DNA from: a virus
Lineage: Duplodnaviria > Caudoviricetes
IMG/VR virus record: IMGVR_UViG_3300047279_000056
Coordinates: 1 to 26,794 of that record
Reading direction: 5' to 3' (one strand)
Length of the DNA: 26,794 nt
A program made the translations under genes and the position numbers. This document shows, one piece after another, positions 26,134-26,794 of this stretch. Within the stretch, counting starts at the first letter, position 1. Each line of letters starts with the position of its first letter. The notes under the pieces were generated by a model, which ran no database searches, was not told where the DNA came from, and worked only from the letters and a program-made list of their open reading frames with translations.

Positions 26134-26290
26134 TATAAGATTTTTGTATATCACTTAGGACCCTCTTAAAGGACTTTATAACTATAAAGACATCCTTGTC
26201 TACCATGTCCATCATGGCTTCATATAATTCTGAACAATGGGAGTAGACTTCATCCATTGTCGAGTTAACATAGGTGGTATTTTTATCCAT
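26114..26290 (-). CDS. Hypothetical protein, 58 aa (not in ORF track)
   Basis: MDKNTTYVNSTMDEVYSHCSELYEAMMDMVDKDVFIVIKSFKRVLSDIQKSYNGESQD*. It lies downstream of a promoter element and overlaps the phosphoesterase start. Confidence 0.72.
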   Translation of the reverse strand: MDKNTTYVNSTMDEVYSHCSELYEAMMDMVDKDVFIVIKSFKRVLSDIQKSYNGESQD

Positions 26291-26307
26291 TTCTGTTTAG
26301 TTTTGGA

Positions 26308-26338
26308 CAAATATATTACTTATTAACTATAAAAACAA
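26308..26338 (-). promoter_or_regulatory. Bacteroidota primary-sigma promoter (TTG-N20-TATATTTG)
   Basis: On the - strand, TTG at 26338-26336 and TATATTTG at 26315-26308 are separated by a 20-nt spacer, in an intergenic position. Confidence 0.7.
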
Positions 26339-26581
26339 TTAAGTTCTGTATATTTTTGAACTAAATTTGTAATTATTTATTTTATGCGTGTAGGTGTAGT
26401 CTTTAAAGTGAGCGAAGTCGATCACCTCTCTAACGATCTTGAACAGCTGTCGTTGTAGCGTGTCATCGGGAATCGTGCCGTCATCGTTTAATGTCATAGG
26501 CATTAACTCTCTATTGATCGTTCGTTTGATTCGCTTCTTCGATGCGACGACCGTTACGTCAGCTATGTATACGGCTCTCAT
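26339..26581 (-). CDS. Hypothetical protein, 80 aa
   Basis: ATG-started ORF co-oriented with its neighbours. Confidence 0.6.
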   Translation of the reverse strand: MRAVYIADVTVVASKKRIKRTINRELMPMTLNDDGTIPDDTLQRQLFKIVREVIDFAHFKDYTYTHKINNYKFSSKIYRT

Positions 26582-26622
26582 TTTATTGTTAGTTCTTCGT
26601 TAGTCAATTCGTTTGCTTTCAT
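26578..26622 (-). pseudogene. 14-codon minigene MKANELTNEELTIK, probable internal-deletion remnant
   Basis: ATGA overlaps at both ends. It joins what look like the first and last residues of a common Bacteroidota-phage protein family. Confidence 0.55.
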
Positions 26623-26792
26623 AATCCATTTATTTTATTATAAAACTCTCGCTCGATATTACTCAAATCATTAAAATTATAAGCAGGTATCGCCCACTCT
26701 TCACAATCATAGTACGGTGACTGTTTGCTCCCGAAGCAAACTCCAGGTCCAGGCGCGATCACAGAATGAAAGTACTTGTTAATGAGTTTACT
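26619..26792 (-). CDS. Hypothetical protein, 3' part only (runs off the window)
   Basis: Open frame ...SKLINKYFHSVIAPGPGVCFGSKQSPYYDCEEWAIPAYNFNDLSNIEREFYNKINGL*. Confidence 0.6.
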   Translation of the reverse strand, partial: SKLINKYFHSVIAPGPGVCFGSKQSPYYDCEEWAIPAYNFNDLSNIEREFYNKINGL

Positions 26793-26794
26793 AG

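Overview
The window is part of a tailed, podovirus-type dsDNA phage that probably infects Bacteroidota (flavobacterial/crAss-related virion module). The host call rests on A-rich translation starts with no Shine-Dalgarno and repeated TAnnTTTG promoter elements. The + strand (3..24093) is the virion operon: portal (5' end outside the window), scaffold, major capsid protein, a conserved post-capsid protein, a small self-contained putative decoration gene and two ring/adaptor proteins. These are followed by a nozzle/muzzle locus apparently split into several ORFs (BACON, Ig-like and Cys-repeat domains plus a small fibre cassette), a GNAT-fold protein, a 2OG-Fe(II) oxygenase and three putative ejection proteins, the last about 2290 aa and multidomain. 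A bidirectional terminator at ~24100 separates this from convergent - strand genes (membrane proteins, an HTH-metallophosphoesterase and several small ORFs missed by the track). The strongest hidden signals are four. (1) An A10 slippery run early in the giant ejection gene opens a start-less, protein-like -1 frame, giving a predicted 113-aa frameshift product. (2) A 22-codon ring-protein hairpin motif recurs inside the nozzle-associated protein next to a small fibre gene. (3) That fibre gene is bracketed by 21-nt promoter/start direct repeats, like a plug-in cassette. (4) A 14-codon minigene looks like an internally deleted gene that kept both translational-coupling overlaps. All family assignments come from motif recognition and gene order, not database searches.
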